Source of the DNA: Paragordius varius
Taxonomy: Eukaryota; Animalia; Nematomorpha
Assembly (NCBI GenBank): GCA_964247055.1
Contig: OZ176056.1
Coordinates: 4,464,001 to 4,528,000 of the forward strand
Direction: 5' to 3'
DNA length: 64,000 nt
A model generated the notes under the pieces. That model was given only the letters and a program-made list of their open reading frames with translations. It did no database searches and was not told where the DNA came from. Made by a program: the position numbers and the translations under genes. This document shows positions 40,093-53,507 of this stretch, one piece after another. Positions within the stretch are counted from its first letter, which is position 1; each line of letters begins with the position of its first letter.

Positions 40093-40541
40093 AAATTTTT
40101 CTTAATGAATGCAACACATTTATTTCAGTCCTTCGATTTAAATTTTGGTCGTTGTGTACCCCAAGCCTGTTTAAAATTTTAAAAAAATCATTAAATACTT
40201 GATATTATTTATTTTGAAATTCCCAGAGGTAATAATTTAGTCACCATGACATGTGTGCATAAATTTAAAATTCTTTCTGTTTCTATCAATGGTAGATGAG
40301 ATTTAAATAAAAAATTAGCCTGATTTTAGCTTTAAAATCAAATAAACACGATGTTTCGCAAAAATATTGTAAAATACTATCAAAGTAGTTTGATATAAAA
40401 CTTTTATACACTGAATTTTATTTAGATACTTCGTTATTCTTGGCATTAAATGAAAACCTATAAAAGCCACCTAAATTTAATTATTATTGAAAAAAATTAA
40501 TATATAAAGATACTTGGCACTTTATATATATTTTTGTATAC

Positions 40542-40580
<39 letters not shown>

Positions 40581-43500
40581 GATATTTTGGGAATTAGGCA
40601 GGCTGATTTTGGAATAAAGAAATCGATTTATTACGATACAGAAAATTTTAACTTTAGTGAGATATCAGATTTACATAAATTAATGCTAGCAATTTCACTA
40701 TGAAATAATGGTAATTTTGGATATTCCCATAGGGAATGTCCTGATAATGCTACAGGCCTGGATACCCTAAACCTTCTTATTGATTTTGGTTACAAATTAA
40801 ATGGGATTTAATTGGCATTTCGTTTTATTTAATAAATCGCGCAATTTATTTATATATTGAATACTTTAGGAAAATTACATTTAGATATATTAATGCCGAC
40901 TTCAGCTGAAAATACATCCCCCTAAACTTTTTTTAAAAAAACAGAGTCCACATTAAATAAGTTACAATTAATTTGAAAGATATTAGTAAGTGATGTCGAT
41001 TTTATACAACAAGTATGTGATGGATATGTTATTGTAATTTAACATTACAATTTATTAATATTTAATGAATTTTATAATTTATAATGTTAATTTTTTAAGC
41101 AGTGTAATTTGTGATTGTAAAGAATAAGTGATTACATGATAAATTTAATAATATAGTTGATTAGTATCTATTCTTATTATAAAATTTAATACAGTAAAAA
41201 TTGATACCATACAGTTAAAAAAACATAAAGACAAATATATTGTTCAAAAAGACCGCTATACCTTTTTTAAATCTTTATTTTGCAATATATAACTCATTTT
41301 TTTATATTGCATAGTATGAAATATACATGTAAAATGGCAACACAATCAATTATATATTTTTAAATTGTAATTAGTGTATATAGGAAAAATTAAGGTTTAA
41401 ATGAGTATGGTTGTTGTCTGTTAAAAAAATATTTGTCTTTATAATTTTACGTTTTATCCGTATAATTTCAATTTTGACTGTAAATGCATATACTTTGCTG
41501 TCGAGGTAGGTTTTCATTGACGGACACGTCACCTATTAATTGATTTTATAAATTATTTTTTTTCGTATAAAAAGCAAATAAAGTACTTTATTATTTTTAA
41601 TATTATACCATTGCTGCTTTCGGTATCAAATCTATTTTCTTCAGAGTTCGGTTCGCTGTTAACTGGATCATCTACTAAATGTTATATGTTAAATACATTA
41701 AATGACATTTTGAATTAAAATTATAGCTGTTTTATAGTTTTAATGAAATTATTATTTTTTATGTAGTTTTAATATATTTTTATATGGAAGATTTAATTTT
41801 TCGACTAAATTTAAATTAGATAAAAAAAGCTTAGTCAGCAGAAAGATATACTCAATAATGTTTTTAGATTATTTTTTTAACCCTTCTAAACTACACTTAA
41901 AATAATTTTCAAACCTTAAAATATTTATTTATTTAAACAAAATGTACGATTTATCAAAGTTTTTATAAGACATAAAAAAATATTTGCAGATTAATGTTAA
42001 TTTTATACTTTTCCCCATAATTAACATATAATAAATTATACTCTGTAGTTCAGATCCATTTTCATCCGAAAATAAATCACCTTCATCAAGGTTGTCTTCT
42101 ACATATTGAACAATAATTATTTAAATTTTTTTATTTATAATTAAATTTTTGTTATAGAAAATAACCTTCATCACCCTCGATTCCAATCTCATCTTCAAAG
42201 TCATCAGGTGAATTTTCTTCAACTTTTTGATTAAATATAATTTATTATGATTACTAATATATATATATATATAATATATATATAAATATTTGTTTTCGTG
42301 CAATAATTAACTATATATTTTGTAAGAAGTTTATTTTTTAAATTTAATATATATGGTTTTTTTAAAGATTGGATTCAAAGGCGCAAAGGGAAAGGGGACC
42401 TAATGCAACGGGCTATAGTTGAAGGGGAGCCGGAATCTGAATTTTTTTTTTAATTTCAAAAAAATAGTTATTAAAAAATTATTTTTAAAAAATCAATCAT
42501 TTATGAGTGGTCATGACCAAGGTTGGGGACAAGAAGAGGCCATCACGGACTGGGCGTCAGAAATGCAAGCTACGCCTCTGATTGAATAAGTTAAAAACGC
42601 TCGGACATTATTATTTATCGTTCTTTGGTAAAAGTGTTAAACTAAGTTGGCTATTTAAAGTGTTTTCTCTATAACCTGCGAAAAAACTAAGATAAATCTA
42701 AATTTCTTACTATATTTTCAAGATTTTATTTAAAGTTTTAATTTTAACAAATTTTCCCTCGGCTTACACAGATTGATTATTATATAATAAACTAGCGTAA
42801 ATCTCGTCACGCAGCCCGAGGAAGTTTTGGACGGGGGGCTATTTGAAAAAAGAGACAATAAAATGATCCATGTATGTGGATTACAAAACATTATTTAATA
42901 GCTATGAACTCATAGGATTACCAAAACGGTTCATTTATACTAATATATTGTATACTGGTGTAAAGGCCCCAAATTGACGGCTAACGGAAAAAACCGCTAT
43001 ACTATAATATTCATTTTTATGGGTAATATTTAAAGCCTTTAATTGAACTCCTATGGCTTTTAAGTTTTTTGAAAATTAGCTCCAAAGCTACGCCATTTTT
43101 GTATGGCGTCTCAGTTTTAAACCGGTAGGCCCCTACCCACAGGCCTATATGGAAAAAGCGCTAAGTTAAATTTTTTACCTCTATAGGGAAATATTTGGAA
43201 TCATCTTTGAGACCATCGTCTTATGGGTTATTCGAAAAAATACCTCAACACTAAATAATCGTTATATGATGGCTTTTTAGGGCATAAAGGTCCCAAACTA
43301 ACGGCTAATAAAAAAGTTCTGGCTTTAATTTTTACCTAGTTAAGGGTAACATTTCAAACTTTAAATGAGTTCATATGGCATAAGTTTTAAATTAGTTCCA
43401 AAACAACGCAATTTCTATATAGTGGCACAGTTTTTGGCGAGCTTCTTACCCAGAGGCAGGTATAAAATAGCGTCGGGGAAAATATTTGGCTTTATATGGG

Positions 43501-45667
43501 GAATATCTGGAATTATAATGTCCATATGTTTTTATAAGTTCTTGGAAATATTGCTTCAAAACCTAAAAATTGTTCTATGGCGGCGAATTTTTCAGGACGT
43601 AAAACTTTTCTTAGCGACTCATTTAAATAACCCCCTATAATAAAATAATTGTTTTTAAGGGCTAATAAATATTTTAGGCCCTTATTGAACTCACATAGTC
43701 TCCTAAGTTTTCTGAAATATCGCTCTAAAGGCATGCTGTATCGATATAGTGACTTTTTACGCGGATAGCCCCCAACCCAGACCCTATTTAACCGCTAATT
43801 TAAAAAATCCGCTCGACTAAAATTTTTGTCTTTTAACAGGGCATACCTGAAATCCTTATTGAATTTTAACAGTCTCATACTTTGGGCGAAAAATAGTTTA
43901 TTTTTGTGGACTTGATTTTTTTGAAAAAAAATGGCATTTTACGGTGGGAGCGGGTAAAAAGAGGGCCTAAATTTAAAAAGCGAGCCGACTATGTTCGGCG
44001 CAATCAAAAATAAGTAAAAAAAAATCATATTTGAAATCGAAAAGTCCAACACGTTTTCCGGAAAATTGTCTCAAAGTCACAATTTTTGTAAATTTCTGTT
44101 TTCAAAAAAACCGTTTCTTACACGGGGTGGGCCCTAACCCGGGGCCTAATTCAAAAAAGGGCGAAGCTATTGTCGGGGCATTCATTAATGATTATATTTT
44201 TTCGGTATGACTTGAATGGGTTTGCCGGTTTTCCGGAAACAGATCACAAAGCCACCGCTTTCCATTTTTATAAATATATAGATTACAAATTGGATACCCA
44301 TCAATTTTTAATATTTTATTGCATAATCCAACTAACTCCATAAAAAATCCAATAAATCCCGCCAATGAATACAAGCGAAAGCAACACAATATATATGAAA
44401 CTCAACTCTTTTAAAAACACGATATAAATTTATGTTTCAAAATAAAATATTACTTGGTGGTGCTGTTGTCGTGGATTGTAGGTTTGATTCTGGTGTCACA
44501 TCATCTGTAAGGTTAGTATGATAAAAATTAAGTTTAATCTAAAAATAGAATTATCTTAAAAATAAGATGAAAAATAGAGATCAATAAAACTATAATTCAC
44601 TAAATTATTAATTGTATTAATTTGATATACGTAATTAATTAAACAATGAAAATTTTAATAATCTCTGTATGAATCGTTCAAATTGAAATGTACATTTCTA
44701 AATAACAGGATTTCAATAAAAAGCTTAATGCGCTTAAGTACATCAACTCATCAATGTTGTTTCATTAAATATTTAATTAAACTATCAATGTTTATTGTAA
44801 AATAAACTTAATTAAAATTCTGATAACTATTTTTAATCTATAACCTGGTTGAGTAATCCCTTCTGTTTGGACAGCTAGTTTTTATATTTATAAAGTGTAA
44901 ATTAGTCTTTAACCAAACATCATTGAATATCAAAAAAAATTTACCATTTTATACTTAACCTCAAGTCACGCTGATTCAAAATTTTTTATTTTTTTATGTT
45001 TTAAAAACGATCACTTCATTATAATACAAGGAATATAAATCTAAATCCAAGCCTGTAAAATAATTTTAATACATATATAGATTAAAAAAATATAGACTTT
45101 GAGGTTGGACATTTTGAGCCATAGCATTTATTCCAGAAGGTCCAGCTACCCCAGCTAATTGTGATGTAGCACTTGAACCTGCCCCAATTATTACTCCTAG
45201 TTTGCGTTTTGTAATATTTTAATTTAAATTTAAATAAAATATATTGATTTTAAGGCCAAAACAATAAAATTTATTTACCACCAATTGCTCCTTATATACA
45301 TAAAAATTAAAATAAATATTTAAAAAATGTAAATAAATGATATATTTGAACTACATATATACCTACTCCCACTATATTTAGTTAAATTTAATAAAAAACC
45401 TGACAATGGTATAACTCCAACCGGAAAAATAGATTTGGTGTTATCTTGAAAAAAAATAAATAAATTTTTTAAAAAATTTTTTTGCAAAAGGTTGATGAGA
45501 AGCTCTGAAAATTTTATACATATAAGTTTTAATTAGATTGCGTTGGAATTTATATAAAAATTAATTTTGGATGTAAATACCCGGTTTCAGCTCAGATTTA
45601 AATTTGGGAATATTGCGAAAGTCTGGAGTCCCATTGTTTTTCAATATTTGTTGGTTATTTAAAATTT
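31244..45667 (-). CDS. Micro-exon gene paralog C (32 exons found; start exon not identified)
   Basis: Exons 5'->3': 45581-45667, 45400-45444, 45363-45371, 45279-45290, 45098-45196, 44845-44874, 44454-44504, 42166-42222, 42042-42098, 41609-41674, 41494-41532, 40033-40050, 39982-40002, 39614-39634, 39529-39549, 39433-39453, 38918-38938, 38835-38843, 38730-38768, 37092-37103, 36704-36724, 34440-34460, 34387-34407, 34326-34346, 34239-34259, 34068-34085, 33154-33180, 32887-32907, 31404-31424, 31331-31342, 31286-31297, 31244-31254 (TGA). The frame is open throughout. C-terminal half: TRSEQLASQVMMSSLDNIRIGADIMEETTSVISESARRLQRVFQSSVWEGFTGLQETNYIEVLRNNIERVRGILDTMEADVLTMEQIATDTNNVLHEPIPEQEVIKNGAKLKTIEYLTDMLDTNEYVEIATIDTES*. 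Confidence 0.88.
32348..32816 (-). mobile_element. Helitron H4, 3' end lost
   Basis: Core and 5' TC end are present; the CTAG/hairpin end is missing. Absent from the B and D introns. Confidence 0.75.
33212..33993. mobile_element. hAT-type MITE specific to gene C
   Basis: TAGGGTTATGC...GCACAGCCCTA with 8-bp TSD ACTACAAT. The 3' end is internally duplicated (approx. 33700-33810 vs 33860-33993). Empty site in B at ~12120. Confidence 0.9.
34625..36633 (+). mobile_element. Buster/Charlie-type hAT, internally deleted and frameshifted, inserted in an intron of gene C
   Basis: TIR CAGTGGTACTCA...TGAGTACCACTG with 8-bp TSD CACTACTG (central TA) on both sides. Transposase remnants: KKRKY..., CLICKD, SICTDG, HCFIHQQNL, TAVRWLS, STYTCE-like tail. 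The empty site is visible in B at ~12741 (cata-cactactg-tgtt). Confidence 0.95.
37230..38273 (-). mobile_element. Helitron H5 with internal head-to-tail duplication
   Basis: Hairpin end at 37230-37265. Two copies of the core (approx. 37440-37750 and 37940-38273). Shared with H8, absent from B (~14498). Confidence 0.85.
38419..38665. mobile_element. Old hAT-like MITE (paralogs approx. 14575-15052 and 61700-61956)
   Basis: CAGGGGTCTACCCAATACA at left versus reverse complement TAGGGGTTTCCAACATACA at right. No clean TSD. Confidence 0.6.
40053..40088. repeat. (AT)n abutting the same acceptor, gene C
   Basis: About (AT)18. Confidence 0.95.
42792..44282 (-). mobile_element. Helitron H6 (duplicate of H1)
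   Basis: Same site and same long internal module as H1. Confidence 0.85.
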
Positions 45668-47052
45668 CTAAATGCACAAAAAAATGTTAATAAATTTGAT
45701 AAAAAAAATATAAAACAAAATGATGGTGACACGGACACACGACACATTTCAAATGCCCTTATATATAATTTCAAATTAATTAAACATATTTTAAATAATT
45801 CTTAGACTTAGGTTAAAATGATATTCTTGGTAATGATAATGATATTATTCATAAAAGTACAAAATAAATTGTTTTCATATTAAGTTAATAAGATTAAAAT
45901 TATATCTTAGCTGTTTTTAGCCACATATATAAGGTTATTAACTTATTTTGCGTCCAAAACAAGTCTTTTTAATAAAGAAGTTTTCAAGTGAAACCCTCTT
46001 CACTTTAAAATTAAAAGATTTTATATAAAGGCTTTAAACTTTAAATTATATTAATCACAATTTAACCCACACCCAAATATTTCAAGTATCTTTCTTCATC
46101 TTGAATTAAAGCAAATATTTGTATAATTTTCGAAAGAGTATAGGATAGGGGGGGGGGGGGGCAAATGACTTAGCTGATTTTTATTAAAATATTCTAAAGC
46201 CAATCCTCAAAATTGATATTCTAACATTATGAATCCACTAAAATATTTGACATCCATCTTATTTTTGGTGCTTATGGCAACTTTTCTGGGAATCGCGAAA
46301 CCAAGTAAAAAATTTATAAAGATAATTTTATAAAAAGAGTCAAACTATAATAATGATTCTTAAACAAAGACATTATTTATGAGAAATGATTATGTTCGGA
46401 TTGAGGCAATATTAAAAAATGACTAAAGTATGTTTTAAATTGTATCAGAACTTGTAAAGCTCTGACACTCCCCTACCCATATTTTTATAAAATTACATAC
46501 TCATATTTTTAAAATCAAAATTTCTAAAACAAAAATTTTTAATGTAAAAAATTTATAAAACCAATAAAACTTATAGACCACACTTTAAAATCTGAAATTA
46601 TAATTGTTTTAGAATCGCCATTCAAAACTTACGGATTACAGTTACTTTTTATAAAAAAAATTTTAATCATTATATATGGAAAAAAAGTGATTTATCATCC
46701 TAGTTTTATTTAATATTCCTCTGGTATTGGTAAATTACTAAAGTATTAAACATAATTTTTTGTTATATTCTAAAAAACAATCATTTGTATTAATAAAGGA
46801 AAAATGAAAAATTGAAAATGTGAAATAGCTCGAATTATCAAAATTTTGGGGTATGCTAGATTGTATCATGCTAAAATCATTAAAAACGATCTTGATTACA
46901 TCCAGAAAAAACGATAAAATGATATATTTTTTGATTTCTAGTTTCAAATGCCATGCATTTAATTTCTATATCTGTACCTAGGGATGTAATAACTAATCCG
47001 TAAATATTTGAAAGATTTTATATTTATTTATTCAAAATATATTTAATCATTA

Positions 47053-47898
47053 CACTGTGTGCAAAAAAGAGTTAATTTTTTTAATTAAAAATTATTTTTA
47101 CATGAGATAGCTTATGATCAGCTAATTCATTTGCCGCATAAATTTTAATGACGACCTAGTTATTAAAATATTAGGAGAAAATCAAAATAGGGCAAAAGGC
47201 AAATATATTACGGACAATTCAAAAAATAATGATAAAATTTGAGATATTATGGTTTGTTATCATTTTAGGTATATTTTATATAATGGCCTAAAATCATCTA
47301 GTTAGCGTTTGTATAAAATCTCAGTTCAAAACATGGCGTTTATTAACATACTTAAAAGTATTTACTAGCTAAACTCACTATTATCTCAATTCATATGTTA
47401 TTTAGTAAAAAAACTTATATATCAAAATAAAAAATAATGTTTTTTATTTTTTTATTTTTATCTGGTTTGTGAGTGTATAACAAATTTACATTGTATTATT
47501 TTGAATCTTATATGCGTGGGAATTATAGAGCGTATTATTTATTAAAAGTAGTTTAATACCAACCAACAATCCTTACAAATCCCTGTAACATACCTCCAAT
47601 TTGAATCGAAGTGTTAATTATGTTAAAAAAAGCCATCTTTTGAACTGAAATTTTATACAAACACTAGCTATAAGATTTTAGTCTATTTACATATTGCATA
47701 TATCTCATAAAATGATAATAAACCATAATATCTCAACTTTTATCATTATCCTTAATTTTCACTTTTTGTCCGATTTGGATTTTCTCTCAATATTCAAAAA
47801 ACTAGGTCGTAAACAAATAAAAAATTTTCGCCAAATGAATTCGGTCATAAGGTATCTTATGAAAAATAATATTTTATTAAAATTTTTTGCACACAGTG
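47053..47898. mobile_element. MITE family 1 copy
   Basis: TA|CACTGTGTGC...GCACACAGTG termini. Confidence 0.82.
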
Positions 47899-49159
47899 TG
47901 TTACGGTATTTATATAATTAACTTTATTAACCATGATTTCCCTAAGTTAATGTTTGATGAATGACTTTATGCGTGATTGCACATTAACATATTTTAAAAA
48001 GATTTCAGGAGTTTCTTAAATATTTACACTCAATTTTAGAATATTCAATGCCAAATCTGGATCATTATATTTATATGGTAAAATCCAAGATTCAAAAACG
48101 GTTTTACGGAATTTTTCGGAGTTATCTTATATGTTTTGTTCTCGTAACAATTTATAGCATTTGCTTTAGCTAGGATGATTAATGCCATACTAAAAATAAC
48201 TCTGTATTTATTTCCATTATATGGCGCTTGATTCCCAATTCCATAATGGACTCTACTAAAAATGAGTCTTATACAAAAATTATTCCAAATTTTAAACACT
48301 ATATGTATATTTAGTAAATGAGACGAAATCGATTAACGATACACATAGCATTGGAAAGCGTGTGTTTGGTACGTCAAGGAATATGGTGTTGAAGAATATA
48401 ACGAAGTATATCAAAATTTATCCTATTTAAAAGGATTACAAATCGAAAATATATTATTAAAATTATAATAATTGGTTTAAAATTTGCATAGTCAAAAATA
48501 ACGTAAATCATAGTGTATCATTTAATTGTAAAAGTTTTTACTTTTTAAAAAATTTTAATAATACATTGCCACTCAAAAATTAACTTTTTACAATTTTTAA
48601 ATAGCAGCAAGTGCCTGAGAAACCACCTAGGACTTATCTAAATTATATAACCCTTTTCATGCTAAAAATTTATTTTGATATTAAAATTTAGCATATATTA
48701 CAAATTTTATCGCCGCGCAATCTCGTAAATTTTGCGGTTATAAGAGAATTGGCCCATTTAAGAAGGGCAAATATTGGGACATTAAGAGCCCACATCTAAA
48801 ATTAAAGTTTTATAAAACCATTGATTAACTTTTTATATAAATTATATTCTATTTTAGTGATTTTGAAAAAGAGTATTTGGCCTTCACCAAAAAAATTTTG
48901 TTTGACAAAATGTGCCTGATATGGACTATACCTAAAATGTTATAATTTCATATTTCATTCCTAACCCCCAAACTAAAAGCACCATGATAACCCTAATATT
49001 TTTTTCTATCAGAATATATTTATTTTATCAGTGTATTTTTTCCTGATTTTGACGCGTATCCTTCTTAAATTTTTTCTAAAGTCACAAAACTTAACACCGA
49101 TTAAATAACAATATATATATAGGTAAATAATCACACGTAATTACCACGATTATTAAATA

Positions 49160-50269
49160 CACTAGTCAACAAGGTTTTGCACCACCCCATTATTTTTGGA
49201 TTTTCTGATACCTAATGGCATGGAAAGGCCAAAACAAAAAAGAAAATTGAGGCCACCAATAGGATTTTTCCAAAATTTAATTTTTAAATTTGTATTTAAT
49301 TTAAAAATAACAATCATTTCTCGTGTACATATGTTTAAAAATTCAAACAAGCAAGTTGATACAAGTAATATTCCATGCATGGATAACAAATTCTAGGCAT
49401 TAAATAAGATACTAAACAAGCTAAGAGCCAAATTAAAAATTTAAAGGGGGCTTATGTATAATGTGATAGATATGGGCGGCTGCACAAGCTCTGCATATCC
49501 CCCAAGCGATCCTATAATTATGCCAGATATGGCAAAGATAACAATAAGTAATTGTAAAGTCCGATAAGAGAGACTTGCAAGCAAAATCCAGGCAAATTGA
49601 CATGTCAAATTAACCAATTTACAGAATAAAGTTAGATAAATTCTATATATAAATGGTCCAACCCCATAACAGTAAATTATACTAAAAGTGGCTACACAAC
49701 ATCCATCTGGAATTCAAAATACAAAAAACCAATAATTTAAAAAAAATAAGGTATATCCACTAGGTATAAATAAAGGATTTTTTATAAGAACCAACTCAAG
49801 AGAAAAAGTCTGATAAGTACTCGAAAGAACGAAAACTAACAAAAAAATATAGCCTATCTGAAAGCCGAAGGTTTAAACCATAGAATGCCTTTTTTAGTAC
49901 TTTTTTAAAAAAATTTTATATGTGTTAAAAATTCACTTGAAAAAAAAGACTAAATTTTGACGTTTAAGTCCGTACTATTTTTTTCTCTCTGATATTTAAA
50001 TGACATATTTATATTCAAAAGATAGAGTTTAAAACGCTTTATTAAATGATATTAAGTTAATGATATAATAACATTTTATTATTAAGTTATATTTAATTTT
50101 CCCTCGATTTTCTCTTGTTTTTGAAAAATTGAAAAACCTATAAAATTTCAAAATTCTGATTGGCGGGATCAAAAATTTTTTCAAATTCGGTTTTAAAACA
50201 CTGAAATTAGTCATAATTTAAAAAGTTTCAGTGGTGGTGCCTAAAAATGTCCAAATTTGTCGACTAGTG
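49160..50269. mobile_element. CACTA/CMC-like non-autonomous element, independent insertion 2
   Basis: Ends CACTAGTCAACAA...TTGTCGACTAGTG with 3-bp TSD ATA. Empty site in the paralogous spacer at ~27890 (attaa-ata-tcaaata). Confidence 0.88.
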
Positions 50270-51328
50270 ATATCAAATAACTGAAGCTAATAATTAAAAG
50301 AATTAGAAATGGAACAGGAGTCGAGTGTTTATCTTTTGTAAATTATAAAAATTGAACTTTATAAAAAAGTTTAATCTCAAATAAGGGCGATTTTGCAGGA
50401 CTCAATATCCATATATATTTATTTATCCTTTTAGGATTCATATGGTAAGATTTATTATTTCGTTCAATTTAATAATGATTATACACATATATAAATCATC
50501 GTTTTTATTATATATTTAGTCTATCACGGTTAATTTATCAAACAAGCGATTTAAGAAAAATAAAATTAGTATTTGATTCTTTCCATATAAATTTTAATGA
50601 ATAGTTGTTACTAAATAAATTTTTGTTTAATTTGGTTGATCAACACCTCATTACCTTTGGATATAGTTGCGAATACCGAGCGATTTCAAATTCGATTTTA
50701 AATAATATTGGGCCAAATTTAAAAGTATGTATTCTCTGGCTCGACGCATGATATAATTTTTTGTAAAGCTCAAAAAAATCCTCATCTCAACAGAAAAATT
50801 AATGTATATTATGGTGAAATGTATATAGCTTAAAAAGCTTAAAGAAACCTTTTAAAAACAAATAATTTATAATAATTTTATACATCAGCTGCTCTTGACC
50901 TGGTTTCATGCTATTCAAATTTTGATTCTATAAGTTAATTACAAACAAAAAGGCTTTTGAATTAATAGATAAAACCAATATTTTATAATTAAATTTTAAC
51001 CCTAACAACCTTTAAAAAACCGAATAATATACAAGTTTGAACTCAGGGGTAAATTAGTTACTCAGAAATCGTCTACAAAAAATCGGTAACGTTTATGTTT
51101 TACCTTATAATTTTAAGATAAAGCCATGTTCGATTATAATCAAAATTCTACCTATTTTATTGTAACAGCTAAATAAATTAGATTTCAGCTATTATGAAAC
51201 CAATATAATATTTACAGTAAAACTCTATAATGTGGTTTTAGGCGTAAACTTAACTAAATTCGAGAAAAAATAATAAAAAACTATTTACATTTATTCGTAT
51301 GTTGTATTTATAGTTGTTTTATTAAAAA

Positions 51329-51656
51329 CTAGTGTAAATCTCGTGCTTCTAGAGGGCTTAAATTAAAAAAGTGAGCCGAGCCGACTATGTTCGGCGCAAT
51401 CGAAATATTTGAAATTGAATGGTCCAACACGTTTTCCGGAAAATTGTTTCAAAGACACAATTTTTGTGGACTTATTTTTTCAAAATACCGTTTTTTACAC
51501 GGGCCGAACTGGGGGCCTGATTCAAAAAAAGGCGAAGGTATTGTCGGGGCATTCATTAATGATTATATTTTTTCGACATTTGGATTTGAATGGGTCTACG
51601 GGTTTTCTGGAAACAGATCATAAAGCCAGCATTTTCCATTTTTATAAATATATAGA
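51329..51656 (-). mobile_element. Helitron H7 (duplicate of H3)
   Basis: Same site and structure as H3. Confidence 0.85.
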
Positions 51657-53507
51657 ATACACTTACAGTATTAGTTTATTAACAATTCACATCGCTAATT
51701 CCTTTTTTTCAAACCAAAAAGAGTAGAGTATATTTTTTTTAAAAAAACAAGATTTTGAAAATATGGTTTGACAAAAAAATATTTGTCGTTCACATTTTTT
51801 TCTGCAATTTAAATTAAATATACAGTAAAAATTGAGATTATGACATAATGTAAAAATATTAAAAAAAATTTTAATTTTAATCGTAAAATACATAATTGAT
51901 TGTGTTACCTATTTACATTACAGTATTATAATAAAAAAATCAAATTTAAAAAGTCCCGTTGTGTGCTATATAAAAATATTTGTTTTTATAATTTAACATT
52001 TTGTCCGTACAATTACAATTTTTACTGTATCTGTAGCCTTCATGACAAAGCTACCTATTGTTAAAGTTGGAAAGAAGTGATTTCATACTAATAACATTTA
52101 TATTATTTTTATCCTAGGGGTAAAATATATTCAAAAAATTAGGCAAAATAAGAGGATAATCGATATTTACTGTAAAAATTGAAATTATACGGACCAAACA
52201 TAAAAATATAAGACAAATATTTTTTATTGTAAAAAACCTATCTTTTTGGGTCGCAAAATATCAAGACGTAACTAATATCAATTGGTAACATTCTCATTTA
52301 CAAATTTCACAGAATGAATTAGAATCATATAGTTTATGTCATAATTAGCAAATATAAAAATAACTTTTTACGTTTCGTCCATATAATGTGTCCATTTTTA
52401 CTGTATATTTAGTGATTTATATTTAATCAAACTCACGGGTTTTTACTATACAATTCTAACTGCTAATCAAGTTAAAAGTGAATAATATCAATGGTCATGT
52501 TACCGAAAAATCAGCCGGCATATTTTTTAATATAAATTTTTTAGTAAATGCAAAGTGTCTGCCTCTTTTCTATATGAGTCTACTCCTAAGAGCAATTATA
52601 ACTGATTGTAAAATTATGTTTTTGATAATCATATAAAATTGATATTGATTTTTTGGCTCCCAGACAATAAACTTGAATTACAATAAGCATTTGTAGATTA
52701 TCATTTTACATTTTTAAATAACGAAAAAAAGTTAATAAGAATTAATGTTTTTAAAAGCAGATATTTGAGCCGTATATCATTGCTAAAATTTGGGGTCAAT
52801 ATGGGCGGCCCGATGGTACACTATCTAATAATATATTATTCAATTAAACTTCTTTTGTTAGGGATGATTTAATAGTATAAAACCTAATTATTTAACAAGT
52901 ATTGAACAAAAACTATGAGGAAATATTATAAAACTATTATCGTTTTGATTTACGTATCAATTTTATCCACAAGGTATATTCAATGAATATTAGTGTTTTG
53001 TTTATTTCTAACCACTGAAAGTTGTATTTATGAGGCAAATACCCTTAAAAACGGAATTAGAGGTGTTAATTCAGAACGATTCAAATGTTCCCTGATATAT
53101 TATAATTTTTAACAACTTGCATCTGGCCTCTTGTTAGGATGTCGGCTAAAATTTATGTTGGCAAATATATTATTTATTTTATTTTTTATCTAAGGGCAGC
53201 ATTTATGGTAATGACATTTTAAGTTTTTGCATTATAAATTTAATTTGATAACAAATAAGAAGTACCCCATTAAAATTTATATATTTTATCGATTCGGAAG
53301 TAAGTCAATTTACCTATTTATTACAGTATCAGTAAATATATATCGCTAAAATTAACTATTGCCAAACGTATATGCAGCAAAGAGAATTATTATTGGCTAA
53401 TAATAGTAAAAAGTGAAAAATAACTATAAGCCGATAATACTGCCCTTTGTTGTATATGCTCTTAGCAATAATCAATAACTTTCTAGCAATGTAAACTTAC
53501 TCATACT

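Noticed and set aside
45020-45045. Candidate exon LDLDLYS in C
   Set aside because: No phase-1 donor, and the B counterpart contains TAA in frame.
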